From the NCBI GenBank assembly GCA_944328905.1, contig CALVHW010000001.1, positions 1-55,906 on the forward strand: DNA of 55,906 nt, read 5' to 3'. Below the pieces are notes generated by a model. That model was not told the origin of the DNA. It saw only the letters and a list, made by a program, of their open reading frames with translations, and searched no databases. This DNA comes from an uncultured Clostridia bacterium (GTDB lineage Bacteria > Bacillota > Clostridia > Christensenellales > Borkfalkiaceae). Below are positions 47,624 to 55,906 of this stretch, piece by piece. Positions within the stretch are counted from its first letter, which is position 1, and each line of letters opens with the position of its first letter. The translations under genes were made by a program, and so were the position numbers.

Positions 47624-49135
47624 TTACGCCTCTAACTTTTTGCGGCGCCACACCACGATGCGTTCGGCACCCGTGAGCGGAAATTTGAGGTCGGGATTGC
47701 AGCTCTGCACTTCTTCGGCCGTTTTGCCCAGTTTTTTGGCGGTTTCCCAAAGGGTATCGCCGGCGGCGGGGAAATACACGCCCACGGCGCCGCCCTCTTC
47801 GGCGCGCTCTTCGCCCACCGTAAGTTCGCACACGTAGCGGCTCTCTTCGCACACGTACAGTGTAACGTACAGTTTCAGGGAGCCTTCCGCATCCAGTTCG
47901 CCCGCCCGCAGCTGGCGCGCCGAAACGCCGCAGGCGATGGCCGTGACTTCCGCGCGCATACCCTGCCGCGCGCGGTCGCACCGCACGGGGAAGGCGAACG
48001 GCAGGCTGACGTTGACCGTTTTCGGGTTGCCTTCGCCGTCTTTGAAGAACACCGCGGCGGAGAGTACGCCCTCCGCCTCGATCTCGCCGTCGGAAACGGT
48101 GGCCGCAATCTGCACGCCGCACAGCGCCGCCGCCTGCAAGGAACAGTTCGGATCAACATTGCCGTCGATCGCCGCCGTGCCGGAAACGCGCTCGGCAGCG
48201 GTAAAGGCGCACACGGGTTCTTCGAACGACAGTTTTTCGGCGGCGGGCACGCTTTCATGGCCGAGGCAGAAGGCGTCCTGCGGGAGCTGCAACTCTTCGG
48301 CGCGGCTGACGCGGCCGCGGATCTCCACGTTGATCTGCGCCAGAATGCGGCAGCGCCCCTTCTCCTCGTCGCAGGCGCAGGTGAGGCTGACGGATACGAC
48401 GCTCGCTTCGGCGCGGCAGGCCATGCCCGTGACCGCCTCGTCGCAGGGGATTTCGGCGCGGAAAGGGATAATACGTTCATACGAAACGGCATCCTTTTCC
48501 CCCTCTTTGCCGGCGAGCACGCCGAGGTTGACCTCGCCGGATACGTCTAAACAGCCCGCGGCGCACACGGCGCGGGTGACGTACACCTGTTCGCTGTGCA
48601 AAAGCACGTCGCTCACGTAATCGGTGTCGAACTCCTCTTCCAGTTCGGCGGTGCCCGAGCACTGCCAGCTGCGGGGCAGGCGCACGGGCGCGAAGTTGCA
48701 GACCACGCCTTCGCCGCCCGAAAGGTAGCGCATCTGCACGGGAACGCGCAGGCGGATGGTGGCCGTTACGATGGCGGAAACGATGACGGAACGGCCTTCC
48801 TGGCGGCGCTCGGTCTTTTCCACGCACAGCGAAACGTCTGCGCGCTGGGCGGGCGCGGCGCTCTCGCATTCGGCGCGGTGAGAAAATTCCACGCCCCGTT
48901 CGGCGGCGACGAGCGTGCCGTCCGGCGCGGCCGCCACGACCGAAAAGAACAGTTTGCCGCCATAGCGAACCTCGCCGGGCAGCACTTCCGCCTCCCCGCA
49001 GACCACGTTGGGGCTGACGGCGAGGATGCGGTTTTCCGACCAGTCGGCGAGGCGGCATTCGACGATCGACTGGCTTTTGAGCACGGGGCCGTCGGCGATG
49101 TATTCGTAATTTTCGTAAGTTGGCGAAACGCTCAT
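47624..49135 (-). CDS. SPOCS (DUF3794) + LysM spore coat morphogenetic protein (SipL-like)
   Basis: Three repeated beta-rich domains, C-terminal LysM (GDTLWETAKKLG); veg/sipL/ispE neighbourhood; sigmaE-like promoter. Confidence 0.82.
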   Translation of the reverse strand: MSVSPTYENYEYIADGPVLKSQSIVECRLADWSENRILAVSPNVVCGEAEVLPGEVRYGGKLFFSVVAAAPDGTLVAAERGVEFSHRAECESAAPAQRADVSLCVEKTERRQEGRSVIVSAIVTATIRLRVPVQMRYLSGGEGVVCNFAPVRLPRSWQCSGTAELEEEFDTDYVSDVLLHSEQVYVTRAVCAAGCLDVSGEVNLGVLAGKEGEKDAVSYERIIPFRAEIPCDEAVTGMACRAEASVVSVSLTCACDEEKGRCRILAQINVEIRGRVSRAEELQLPQDAFCLGHESVPAAEKLSFEEPVCAFTAAERVSGTAAIDGNVDPNCSLQAAALCGVQIAATVSDGEIEAEGVLSAAVFFKDGEGNPKTVNVSLPFAFPVRCDRARQGMRAEVTAIACGVSARQLRAGELDAEGSLKLYVTLYVCEESRYVCELTVGEERAEEGGAVGVYFPAAGDTLWETAKKLGKTAEEVQSCNPDLKFPLTGAERIVVWRRKKLEA

Positions 49136-49165
49136 TTTTCGTGTACCTCCGGATTTTTCACTTTC

Positions 49166-49194
49166 ATTGTATGACGGAAAATTTGCATTTATTC
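49166..49194 (-). promoter_or_regulatory. SigmaE-type promoter
   Basis: ATA-16 bp-CATACAAT. Confidence 0.6.
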
Positions 49195-49234
49195 CCGCGC
49201 GGCGGCGCGAAAAAGCAAATTTTTTGGCGAACGG

Positions 49235-49263
49235 GCATAACCGGGGGCAAAACGGGCAAAAAT
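49235..49263 (+). promoter_or_regulatory. SigmaF/G-type promoter of veg
   Basis: GCATA-15 bp-GGCAAAAAT matches GYATA-15-GGnnAnAHT. Confidence 0.55.
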
Positions 49264-49299
49264 ACAGTTGCGGCGCCGCAGGCCGCAAAGGAGAAACGC

Positions 49300-49542
49300 A
49301 TGATCAAGGGAACGAGGAATCTGCCGCGCATCAAAGAGGAGATACGCGGCTTTTACGGGCAGAACGTGCGCGTGCACGTGAACCTGGGGCGGAACAAAAC
49401 GAGCGACTTTACGGGAACGCTGACGGGCATTTACCCCGCCCTGTTCACCGTTTCGCCCGACGATAAAAATTATTTGGGCAAAACCGCCTACTCCTATTCG
49501 GAAGTGCTGTGCGGCAGCGTAAAGGTGACGGCGCGCAAATAA
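49300..49542 (+). CDS. veg: Veg-family protein
   Basis: IKEEI...NLGRNK...G.LTGIYPALF...AYSYSEVLCGSV; AAGGAG RBS. Confidence 0.88.
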   Translation: MIKGTRNLPRIKEEIRGFYGQNVRVHVNLGRNKTSDFTGTLTGIYPALFTVSPDDKNYLGKTAYSYSEVLCGSVKVTARK

Positions 49543-49680
49543 AGTGCGGCGCCCGCCCTTGTAGCGAGGTTGCACTGACCAAAAACTTTCCGCGCTGAAC
49601 GGATGCGGTAAAAAGCAAAAACCCGAGCCCCGCACATTGCGCAGGCCCGGTTTTTATTTTGCCTTTGTGATGGGCGACGC

Positions 49681-50184
49681 TCAGAAATCGTCGTCCTCGT
49701 CTTCCTCCTCGTCGTCTTCGTCCTCGTCTTCGTCGTCGTAATCGAGGTCGCCGCCCAGATCGTCGAAATCGTCCTCGGCAGACTGATCCGCGCTTTCGTC
49801 TTCGAACTCCTCTTCCTCCTCGTCGAAATCGTCGCCGAACGCTTCGTCGAAATCCTCGCCGATGTCGATATTTTCGTCCATATCCAGCGGTTCGGGATCT
49901 TCGTCGAGGTAGTTGCGCCACTCGTCGTCTTTTTCCGGATCGATGTCCTCTTCCTCCTCGTATTCGGAAGTGCGCTTGCATTCGTCGCACATCTTTTCGC
50001 CGGGGCGCATATAATTTTCGCCGCAGACGGGGCAGAGTTCGGTCTTTTCGTCCTCCTCGTCATCGTCGAGATCGGCGAATTTGAGTTGTTTGCCCTGCAA
50101 TTCGGCGAGGCAAACATCGCAATAGTCTTTATCCTCTTCGATGTAGTTGAGTTCACACCGCGGGCATTTTTTGTACTTTGGCAT
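49681..50184 (-). CDS. Double Zn-ribbon protein with long acidic C-terminal tail
   Basis: CPRCELNY..YCDVC and CPVCGENY..MCDEC, then D/E-rich tail; GGGAG RBS before ATG 50184. Confidence 0.8.
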   Translation of the reverse strand: MPKYKKCPRCELNYIEEDKDYCDVCLAELQGKQLKFADLDDDEEDEKTELCPVCGENYMRPGEKMCDECKRTSEYEEEEDIDPEKDDEWRNYLDEDPEPLDMDENIDIGEDFDEAFGDDFDEEEEEFEDESADQSAEDDFDDLGGDLDYDDEDEDEDDEEEDEDDDF

Positions 50185-50395
50185 CTCTTTTCTCCCTGTT
50201 ATAAAATCGGCTTTTCCGATCCGCACTCTAATACAATAGTATTGTAAAGGGACGCACTGTGTGCAGGAAAACAATAAATAGAATGCGGATACTGTTTTTT
50301 TCGGGCATTATTATACTAATAATCCCCGCTTTTGTAAAGCCTTTTTATGGAAATTTTTATTTTTTTTCGAGATTTTTATACCATTTTAAAAAAAG

Positions 50396-50426
50396 AAAAA
50401 AGCGGAAATATTTTCCGCTTTTCTTT
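50396..50426. terminator. Intrinsic terminator
   Basis: AAAAAGCGGAAA/TTTCCGCTTTT immediately after stop at 50428. Confidence 0.7.
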
Positions 50427-50427
50427 C

Positions 50428-52503
50428 TTATCTTCTGCGGCGCCTGCGCACGATCAGCCAGGCCGCGATGCCGCCGCCGATCAGTACGACGCCGATGGGC
50501 ACGAACAGAGCCGCCCACTGCCACGTCCAGCCGCCGCTTTCCGACGAATCCGCCGTGAAGCCGGTGATGTAAGCGGATTTGAGGGAATCTTCGTTGTCGC
50601 TTTGGTCGTCTTCCGTGACGATGCTGATGCAGTTGACGAAGGAGGTGCGCCTGTTGAACTCTTTCACTTCGGCAAAGCCGTAGCCGCGCTGGTCGGTGCC
50701 GGCAACGAACGCGTTGATCAGCTCGACGTCTTCGTCTTCGTACTCGTCGCGGTATTCGCCGTTGTCATCCGTGACGATGCTCACGTCGCCGCCGTAGTAG
50801 TAATAGCGCATCACGTTGGCCGCCGCGCTGAACTTTTCTTCCACTTCGGTGAAGAGATCCTGTACGGCCTGGTAATTGTCGTTGCGCGTTTTCAGTTCTT
50901 CGTTGGTGGCGCAGACGTCGGTCACATACACATAGTTATCGGCATATGTGTCGGCATCGGCAAAAAAGATGCGGCCGTTCACCACTTCGGGCGCGAACCA
51001 ACTGCTGTTGTAATCCACTCCCAAATATTGGGTGGCCTTATAGTCTTCGGCGTTTTCAATGTCCATCATATCGGCGCCGCCGTTATAATAATTGGCTTCG
51101 CCGTCGTAGCGGACGCGCCAGAGCGCGTTGCCGTTGGTACCCGTGCGCGAATAGTAGAGGAAGTGCGTTTCCGTATCCATGAACAGCAGCGTGGCGCCTT
51201 CCTGCGCGTAGGCGAGAGCCTCGTCCGTTTCGGTGAACCCGCTGCCTTCCGCAACGACCGCACGCGTACGGTAAATGTTGTTGGAAGTAGAGTCGATATA
51301 GATGAAATACTGCGTGTCGTTCTCGACGTAATAGAGCGCGTTTTCGGTGGCTTTTTCGGCATCGTACGAAACCAGCGTGATGGCCTCGCCCGCCGATTCT
51401 ACATCCTGCCCCGCACGGATGGTGGGGTTGGCCTGAATGGTATCCCAGTCGCTCGCGGCGGCATACTTTTCGCCGTCAAGACGGCAGACATACGCAACGG
51501 TGTTGGTGGAATCGCCCGAAAGCACGGTGACCGTGAAGTACAGATCGCCGTTCGAGAACCGCTCGATGGCATAGGTGAAACCCTTCTGGCTCTTGGGCGT
51601 ATTGTCGGCAGACCAATCGGGGTTGAAAACAGACGCTTCCGTTTTGTCTGCTCCGATGCCGTCGAGCACGAGCGTGCCGAGGTTGACGTATTCGAGATCG
51701 CCGTAGCCTTCGGAAAGGTCGTAATCGCGGGGCGCCTCCGTAGTGGCGGCGCTGACCTTATACAGCTGCTGGTAAGCTTCGTTCTGCACCGCGTCGTCGG
51801 AATTATAAACCTTTTTGGCGACCTGCATCGTATAATATACGGTGGGGCTGGCGATGTTATCGGAATCGAACGCGTAAGACGCGTAGCCTTCGACGAGGGT
51901 GACGTCTTGCATCGTTTTCGTGTTCACGGAGTGAATTTCGCTGTTGGCGGTATCCGCGTACAGCAGGTACACGGTATCGTTTTCCACTACATAGCGGTAG
52001 GCGTGGCTGCCGATCTCCAGCTGGGCGTAATTGCCGGAAAGCACGTCGCTGCCGTCGAGACGGGCGCGTTTGAAATTGAGCCAGGTGTTTTCGATCTGCG
52101 CCTGCATATTCCTCGTGTTGTTGGGCGTGGCGTAATACACATAGTCGCCCTCGATGAAGATGCCGGCGTCATAATTGCCGTCGTACACGATTTCGGGAAT
52201 GACGATCTCGGCGGAAGAATAATTGCCTTCCGCAAGGGCGCTTTCGGAAACGCGGACGAGCGAACCCTTTGTTACGCTGCCGTAGTTGTTGGAAGAGGTG
52301 TTGCTCTCCACGCCGTTGATGAAGTAGATCCAGTCCCCTTTTTTGGCCACGAACCCGCCGTTGCTTTCGACGGCGGCGCTGCTCGTTGCGTCGTAGCCGT
52401 CAAGCGGCTCGAAGTGATATGTGCTGCCGCAGCCCGCGAACATGGCGAGTACCAATACGAGGGCAGCGATGATCAGCAGGAATTTTTTGCCTGTTTTCCG
52501 CAT
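50428..52503 (-). CDS. Large surface lipoprotein (beta-propeller-like, DUF5050-like) with C-terminal TM anchor
   Basis: MFAGC lipobox; GDWIYFIN/GDYVYY repeats; C-terminal GG-TM-RRRRR. Confidence 0.78.
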   Translation of the reverse strand: MRKTGKKFLLIIAALVLVLAMFAGCGSTYHFEPLDGYDATSSAAVESNGGFVAKKGDWIYFINGVESNTSSNNYGSVTKGSLVRVSESALAEGNYSSAEIVIPEIVYDGNYDAGIFIEGDYVYYATPNNTRNMQAQIENTWLNFKRARLDGSDVLSGNYAQLEIGSHAYRYVVENDTVYLLYADTANSEIHSVNTKTMQDVTLVEGYASYAFDSDNIASPTVYYTMQVAKKVYNSDDAVQNEAYQQLYKVSAATTEAPRDYDLSEGYGDLEYVNLGTLVLDGIGADKTEASVFNPDWSADNTPKSQKGFTYAIERFSNGDLYFTVTVLSGDSTNTVAYVCRLDGEKYAAASDWDTIQANPTIRAGQDVESAGEAITLVSYDAEKATENALYYVENDTQYFIYIDSTSNNIYRTRAVVAEGSGFTETDEALAYAQEGATLLFMDTETHFLYYSRTGTNGNALWRVRYDGEANYYNGGADMMDIENAEDYKATQYLGVDYNSSWFAPEVVNGRIFFADADTYADNYVYVTDVCATNEELKTRNDNYQAVQDLFTEVEEKFSAAANVMRYYYYGGDVSIVTDDNGEYRDEYEDEDVELINAFVAGTDQRGYGFAEVKEFNRRTSFVNCISIVTEDDQSDNEDSLKSAYITGFTADSSESGGWTWQWAALFVPIGVVLIGGGIAAWLIVRRRRRR

Positions 52504-52723
52504 AAAATACAGACTCCTTTCGGTCAAAAATGTTTTTGTTTTTCCGCGTCGGATGCGGTTTCCCCTATCGGCAATACGGCCGATATACTTTTCTATTATA
52601 TACCAAAACAAGCGTTTACGCAATTAAAAACGGTAAAAAACCGATGAAATTTTTATGCGTTTTGAAAAATTGCGCCGTATTTGCCGCGCCTGCCGCAATT
52701 ACGGGGTTTTAACGGAGGTGTTT

Positions 52724-52948
52724 ATGGAAAATTTCGGACTGCTCAAACTGCTTTCGGCGCTGGCCGGCACGGAAAACGGCAACAAGGACGAAACCGCAAA
52801 CTCCGCGCAGACGGCTGCCCCGCCCGAACAGAATGCAGCCAATGCCGGTTTTTTTACCGCCGACGAGCGCGCCAGGCGCGCCGCCGAGATGCTGGAACGG
52901 CACGATGCCGCTCTGCGGCGCATCAAAAAGAACCCGCCCCGGCCGTAA
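52724..52948 (+). CDS. Small hypothetical protein
   Basis: GGAGG RBS before ATG 52724; 74 aa. Confidence 0.55.
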   Translation: MENFGLLKLLSALAGTENGNKDETANSAQTAAPPEQNAANAGFFTADERARRAAEMLERHDAALRRIKKNPPRP

Positions 52949-53035
52949 CGGGGCAAAACGCCGCCAGACGAATGCGGCGCCGCGCATACCTGCGCGGCGC
53001 CGCTGTTTGCCGTTGACTGTTTTCCCTGCGGGAAA

Positions 53036-53449
53036 TTATCTCTTCGAGAACTGAGGAGCACGGCGCGCTTTTTTGAGACCGTACTTCTTTCTTTCCTTGC
53101 TGCGCGGATCGCGGGTAAGGAACCCTTCTTTTTTCAGCGCGGGACGAAGTTCGGGCTGCGCCTGGATGAGCGCGCGGGCGATGCCGTGGCGGATAGCGCC
53201 CGCCTGGCCGTTATAGCCGCCGCCGCACACGTTTACGAGAATATCGTAAGCCGTTTCCGTTTGCGTGAGCACGATGGGCTGTTTGACGATGTATTGCATC
53301 GTTCCCTGCGGAAAATAATCCTCGAGAGAACGGTCGTTGATGACGATGTTGCCGGTGCCGCCGGGAATGAGGCGGACGCGGGCGATCGCTTTTTTTCTTC
53401 TGCCCGTTCCCCAGAACTGCAATTTCTTTTTCAGATTCGCTTTTGCCAT
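53036..53449 (-). CDS. rpsI: 30S ribosomal protein S9
   Basis: [44 protein letters not shown]. Confidence 0.99.
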   Translation of the reverse strand: MAKANLKKKLQFWGTGRRKKAIARVRLIPGGTGNIVINDRSLEDYFPQGTMQYIVKQPIVLTQTETAYDILVNVCGGGYNGQAGAIRHGIARALIQAQPELRPALKKEGFLTRDPRSKERKKYGLKKARRAPQFSKR

Positions 53450-53461
53450 TGTTCCACCTCG

Positions 53462-53893
53462 TTAAAATAATTTAAGTTCTTCGGGCTTCTGCGCCTCGTG
53501 GTTGTGTTCCGCTCCCTTGTATACCCTGAGCTTTTTGATCATTTTTCTGCCCAGAGAGTTCTTCGGAAGCATACCGCGCACTGCCTCGTACACCGCTACG
53601 TCGCTCTTTTCCGCCATCATTTTGCGGTAAGAAGTTTCTTTCAGTCCACCGATGTAGCCGGTATGATAGCGATAAAACTTATCGTCGAGTTTTTTGCCCG
53701 TAAGGACCGCCTTGTCGCAATTTACGACGATAACAAAATCGCCGGTATCGACATGGGGAGTAAAGGTGGGTTTGTTTTTGCCGCGAAGGATCGCCGCAAC
53801 TTTGGAAGCCAATCTTCCCAGAGGCACGCCCGCTGCGTCGACAACATACCACTTTCTCTCTACCGTTTGGGCATTCGCCATGTAGGTTTTCAT
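53462..53893 (-). CDS. rplM: 50S ribosomal protein L13
   Basis: [44 protein letters not shown]. Confidence 0.99.
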   Translation of the reverse strand: MKTYMANAQTVERKWYVVDAAGVPLGRLASKVAAILRGKNKPTFTPHVDTGDFVIVVNCDKAVLTGKKLDDKFYRYHTGYIGGLKETSYRKMMAEKSDVAVYEAVRGMLPKNSLGRKMIKKLRVYKGAEHNHEAQKPEELKLF

Positions 53894-53969
53894 GATGTGT
53901 TCTCCTTATTTGGTAATTTATAAAAAGGAATAAGCGTGCCATAGACGCTTTCCGTTGTTTACTCAATAA

Positions 53970-53998
53970 ATTTTATATTATATCCGGGATACTGTCAA
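53970..53998 (-). promoter_or_regulatory. SigmaA promoter of rplM-rpsI
   Basis: TTGACA-17 bp-TAAAAT. Confidence 0.75.
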
Positions 53999-54169
53999 GC
54001 GGTTTTGATTGCGGTTTTGCTCTTTTTTTGAAAAAATTTTCTTTTTATTTTCAAGAAAAACCGCCGGCGGGATCGGCAAACGGGCAAAACGCGGCGGCTT
54101 GCGGCGCTTGCCGGAGACAGAAAGCGGCGGGCACCGCCGTGCCCGCCGCTCTGCGTTGTTACGTGTTTT

Positions 54170-55777
54170 TTACAGCTGTGTATAGGAAGAACCCGTTCCG
54201 TTCAGGCCGTATTTCACCAGAAAATGCTTTGTTTTTTCCCCGCTGTTTACCGAAATAAGATACAAACAGTTCGTTTCGGTAACCAGAGAACGGGCGGAAA
54301 GCGACGCGGTAAGCACCTCCGTTGCGGCGAGTTCCGCATCGGCCACGGTATAGGAAGCATCGTACAGGTCGCACACGATGCCGTCCGCCATGTAAAACCG
54401 CCCGCCGGCAACGCTCAGCCGCGTTCCCGGCACCTCGCCCATCAATATTGACGCTTTTGCCGAAAGGACGTAAATGTACAGGAAGTATTTCGACGCGGAA
54501 CCGTCGCTCTGCTCCTCCTCCGTTATGTAATAGACGTTTCCGCCGTACACCCCCTGCAAAACGGCGCCTTCGGGCAGGTCGAATACCTCTTTCGTGTTCG
54601 CGTCGTATATGATTTTGCCGTCTATGTCCGTAAAATAGCCGTCTCCCGCCCATCCTACATCCGTAAAGGCGGAAAATTCCGCATACCGGCGGCCGTTCCT
54701 GAAAACGACCTCCTGCGAATTGTTGGCGAGCACCAGATACCCTTCTTCCGGCGAGGACATGGCGTCGGCGCCCGGCAGGAGCGACTGCAGGTCGACGTAC
54801 ACCTTTCCGTCTGCGCCGAACGTTTGCAGGTACGTTTCCGAAGAGAGCGTTTTGTTTTTGAGGATGCCGCGCACCGTAAGCGCCGCGTAGCGGTCGGGAT
54901 CGGCCGAAACATCTTGCGAGGTGACCAATACGCCGAGATCCGCCTCGCCGCCCTCGCCGGTCAAAACGTCGAAATAGTACGTTTGCAGGTCGTATTTGGT
55001 ATTGCCGCTGTAATAATCGTAATTTGCGGCGTCGTCCGGCAGGGACACGCGGTACTGTTCAAACAGGCGGCTGCCCACCTGCCACTGCTGCACGGGCGTG
55101 CCTTCCGGAACATCGCAGGCAAGAGTCTTATCCGTCGTGCGCAGAAATCTGCCGTTGCGGTCGAACACGCCGTAAACGGAATCGTCCGCGCGGACAACAT
55201 AATAATTTCCCATTTTAAACGCGTTGGCGGAAGTGGCCACGGGCCGGACGCCCCGTTCGCCGTAGTACACTTCGCCGGCCACGTCTTTGTAGATCACCTT
55301 GCCGTCGGCAAAGGTGCCGATGCCGTCTGACACGATAAACCGCGAAGAGTCCTGCACGACCGTTTCCGCTTTTACGGCGCCGTCGTAAAAGGTATAGGTA
55401 TACTTATACGTCAATTCGGGCGACGTGCCCTGCGTTTCGGTTTCGAGCGTGTAATAAAAACCGGAATATCCCGATACGCTTTCGAACTCCGATTCCTTGG
55501 ATACGACCATTTCGCCGCTGGTGAGATCGTACAGGCCGTACTCTGTGCCCGTATCGTTGTCACGATAGATCCTGGCGATCCCGCTGCCGTCTACCGAAGA
55601 AACGGTATAGCCTTCGAGTTCGGAGACTGGTTCCGATGAGATGAAGCGGCCGATGCGCAACGATTCTTCCAGGCCGGATGCCGGAGCAGGTTCGCTGTGG
55701 CAGCCCGCGGCGCCCAGCATAAACGCGCCCGCAAGCGCGAGGCAGGCCGCAGCCGCCGTTCGTCTGATTTTTTTCAT
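54170..55777 (-). CDS. Lipoprotein of unknown function
   Basis: MKKIRR + hydrophobic stretch + AAGC lipobox; GGAG RBS; Tyr/Gly-rich beta-type repeats. Confidence 0.78.
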   Translation of the reverse strand: MKKIRRTAAAACLALAGAFMLGAAGCHSEPAPASGLEESLRIGRFISSEPVSELEGYTVSSVDGSGIARIYRDNDTGTEYGLYDLTSGEMVVSKESEFESVSGYSGFYYTLETETQGTSPELTYKYTYTFYDGAVKAETVVQDSSRFIVSDGIGTFADGKVIYKDVAGEVYYGERGVRPVATSANAFKMGNYYVVRADDSVYGVFDRNGRFLRTTDKTLACDVPEGTPVQQWQVGSRLFEQYRVSLPDDAANYDYYSGNTKYDLQTYYFDVLTGEGGEADLGVLVTSQDVSADPDRYAALTVRGILKNKTLSSETYLQTFGADGKVYVDLQSLLPGADAMSSPEEGYLVLANNSQEVVFRNGRRYAEFSAFTDVGWAGDGYFTDIDGKIIYDANTKEVFDLPEGAVLQGVYGGNVYYITEEEQSDGSASKYFLYIYVLSAKASILMGEVPGTRLSVAGGRFYMADGIVCDLYDASYTVADAELAATEVLTASLSARSLVTETNCLYLISVNSGEKTKHFLVKYGLNGTGSSYTQL

Positions 55778-55801
55778 AGTTCTCTCCTCCTCTTTTCTTT
55801 G

Positions 55802-55830
55802 ATTATAATATGCAGCGCGCGTTTTGTCAA
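55802..55830 (-). promoter_or_regulatory. SigmaA promoter
   Basis: TTGACA-17 bp-TATAAT. Confidence 0.8.
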
Positions 55831-55906
55831 TCTTTCGACAAAATATTTTCTTTTTCTGCACGTTCCGCCGTCTTAGAAAAAAAAGCGGCGGCTTTCCTGC
55901 GAAAGC

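Noticed and set aside
50347-52647. 766-aa plus-strand ORF
   Set aside because: Antisense shadow of the lipoprotein gene.

Overview
GC-rich chromosomal segment of a spore-forming Clostridia-type bacterium (inferred from sleB/ypeB, spoIIR, sipL, veg and sigmaE/F/G-like promoters). Most genes are on the minus strand. They include translation/secretion and chromosome genes (trmD, rimM, khpA, rpsP, ffh, ylxM, ftsY, smc, rnc, plsX, asnS), iscR-iscS, a partly decayed pectin/rhamnogalacturonan locus (DUF4091, AraC, EamA, GH105, kduD remnant, frameshifted GH106-like gene), a Crp regulator, tcdA, an EF-G paralog, fabZ-fabK, a SecB-like gene, sporulation genes, ispE and rplM-rpsI. No CRISPR array, rRNA, tRNA or transposase was seen. 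The most unusual signal is non-coding. A ~230-bp, five-hairpin element occurs in 9 copies in five intergenic clusters within the first 22 kb, arranged in tandem and inverted. Its stem sequences differ between copies but keep pairing (compensatory changes), its loops and linkers are conserved, and it has a covarying G-U-containing pseudoknot-type pairing. Smaller structured modules are nested in or attached to it, including an 88-bp insert that is identical in two copies. This looks like a structure-selected, mobile RNA/ssDNA repeat family that I cannot assign to a known family without Rfam/ISfinder searches. Secondary points of interest are an in-frame SleB-YpeB fusion, the pseudogenised sugar locus, an EF-G paralog with altered GTPase motifs and a double Zn-ribbon protein with an acidic tail. 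All alignments and folds were done by eye.
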